This document shows, piece after piece, positions 18,955-20,630 of a DNA stretch of 20,630 nucleotides (position 1 is its first letter; each line of letters starts with the position of its first letter). The position numbers and the translations under genes are program-made. Below the pieces are notes generated by a model. The model saw nothing but the letters and a program-made list of their open reading frames with translations, was not told where the DNA came from and ran no database searches. The stretch lies in assembly GCF_006345805.1 (NCBI RefSeq), contig NW_021823952.1, positions 1 to 20,630 on the forward strand, in the 5' to 3' direction. This stretch comes from Octopus sinensis (taxonomy: Eukaryota).

Positions 18955-19510
18955 TACTTGTTGCAGTCATTAGGTTGCAGCCATGCAGGGTTTTGGTCAA
19001 AGAAATCAACCCCAGGACTTATTCTTTGTAAACCTAGTACTTATTCTTATTTCTTTATTGCCCAGAAGAGGCTAAACATAGAGGAGACAGACAAGGACAG
19101 ACAAAAGGTTAAGTCGATTACATCGGCCCCAGTGCATAACTAGTACTTTATTGACCCCGAAAGAATGAAAGGCAAAGTCAACCTCGGCGGAATTTGAACT
19201 CAGAATGTAACGGCAGACTAATTATTACCACTAATTATTTAACCCGGCATGCTAACGTTTCTGCCAGCTCACCTCCTAGTACTTATTCTATCAGTCTCTT
19301 TTGCTGAAATGTTAAGTTACAGGGACATAAACACTTCAACATCGGTTGTCAGGTGATGGTGGGGGGACAAACACAGGCACAAAGACACACACTCACAAAT
19401 ACATACCTATACATATACAACAGGCTTCTTTCAATTTCTGTTTACCTGATCCACTCACAAGGCTTTGGTCAGCCTGAGGCTGTAGTAAAAGACACTTGCC
19501 CAATGTGACA
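18955..19510 (-). mobile_element. Diverged SINE family A interrupted by a family B SINE
   Basis: Family A body resumes exactly after the second TSD copy. Confidence 0.8.
19048..19274 (-). mobile_element. tRNA-derived SINE family B nested in SINE A
   Basis: 15-bp TSD CCTAGTACTTATTCT at 19033-19047 and 19275-19289; homologous to 16945-17177. Confidence 0.9.
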
Positions 19511-19752
19511 CCTATATAGTTACATTGCGGAACTATTATTTTAACAAGTAGTGTCCATTTATCAGCCAATGAGAAACATCTGCACTGCTGGATGCTCCCA
19601 AACTAGTTGTTGAGTGTCGTCCCATCAGTGAGGGATCAATGCTAGATGAGTTGAAACAATTGTTGTGATTGATACATTCTTGTATATTCCATCTTCCGTC
19701 TTTCCTTTGCCATACATATATATATATATATATATATGTATATATCTAATAT

Positions 19753-20317
19753 GGGATAAAAGTTTTCGAAAAAAATTTTATCAACGGCCAGCATATTAAA
19801 AAATATCTTTAAAGGTTAAATTTATAAATAACTTATAAAACAAGGGCAAAAGAAAAAAATTCTAATGCCAAATATGCTGAAAATAGACAAATCGTCAATA
19901 ATTATATATTTTATCACTATTAACATGCGTCTCAAAACAAGTCGACAGAAATCTCTAAAAAATTCCGTTATTACTGTATTGGTCCCAATTTCAGAGTTAA
20001 TTCATAAGAATTTTCTCCTCGTCAGCGATAAATACGTAAGACATAAATGAAATACTTACTCATACCCATGGAAAAAGCAAGCACTAAGTCATGAGCAGAC
20101 CTAAGTACCCCAAATATATCCAAAATAGAAAATCTTCAGCACATCTCGAGACATGTGCAATTCGAACTAGAAACTCTCACAGAATTTTTTAGAAATTTCT
20201 GTCGGCTTGTTTTGAGACGCATATTAATAGTGATAAATTATATGGTTATTGACAATTTGTCTATTTTCGGCATATTTGGCATTAGAATTTTTTTCTTTTG
20301 CTCTTGTTTTATAAGTT
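19753..20317. mobile_element. Penelope-like pLTR-type element with a 139-bp inverted duplication
   Basis: Arms 19830-19968 and 20179-20317 (about 10 mismatches); (TA)n on both flanks; hammerhead immediately inside the left arm. Confidence 0.65.
19971..20031 (-). ncRNA. Type I hammerhead ribozyme candidate with a canonical core
   Basis: TTATCG-CTGACGA-GGAG-AA-AATTC-TTAT-GAATT-AA-CTCT-GAAA-TTGG-GA-CCAA-T-A-CAGTAA; all conserved core positions present; AUA cleavage triplet. Confidence 0.7.
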
Positions 20318-20340
20318 GTATATATGTATATATGTATCAA

Positions 20341-20630
20341 ATGGCAGGAGGGTACTTAGAAGTAGCTGATAGCTTCCATTATCTGGGTGACCAAGTCAGC
20401 AGTGGAGGTGGATGCTCCGAGAGTGTAGCTACTAGAATAAGAACAGGCTGGACAAAGTTCAAAGAGCTTCTATCAGAGTGAAAGGCAGATTGCCTGATGC
20501 CTGTGTGTAAACAACCATGCTACACAGCAGTGAAACATGGGTTGTGACTGCAGAGGACATGTGAAGGCTTGAAAAAAGACAGAAGCTTGTATGCTTCACT
20601 GGATATGCAATGCCTGTGCATGTACAACAG
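20341..20630 (+). pseudogene. Decayed RTE/BovB-like LINE ORF2, post-RT region (runs off the window end)
   Basis: LEVADSFHYLGDQVSSGGGCSESVATRIRTGWTKFKELL, then RVKGRLPDACV*TTMLHSSETWVVTAEDM*RLEK and MLHWICN; stops and a deletion present. Confidence 0.88.

Noticed and set aside
1081-19274. tRNA genes
   Set aside because: A/B boxes occur only as SINE heads; no cloverleaf or Pol III terminator was found.

Overview
Repeat-saturated, AT-rich eukaryotic non-coding DNA with no intact protein-coding gene. The SINE families, RTE-type (GAT)n tails and microsatellite load look like an octopod cephalopod genome (recognised from memory, not from a database search). Nearly all ORFs in the track are microsatellite or SINE read-throughs. 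The window holds: about 9 copies of a tRNA-headed SINE with an internal (TA)n tract; several other SINE families; decayed CR1-group, R4/Dong-like and RTE LINE fragments; two young 5'-truncated RTE insertions with TSDs; a nested TTAA (piggyBac-type) MITE trio; a hAT MITE; and four long inverted-repeat structures. The most striking pattern is 7-8 mostly unrelated short elements inserted in or next to TA-rich microsatellites. Each carries a hammerhead-ribozyme-like fold followed by a T-rich segment, and three have partial inverted duplications. This matches the design of Penelope-like pseudo-LTR or retrozyme-type elements. The best hammerhead candidate (19971-20031, minus strand) retains a canonical core. 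All folds were read by eye and none was computed.
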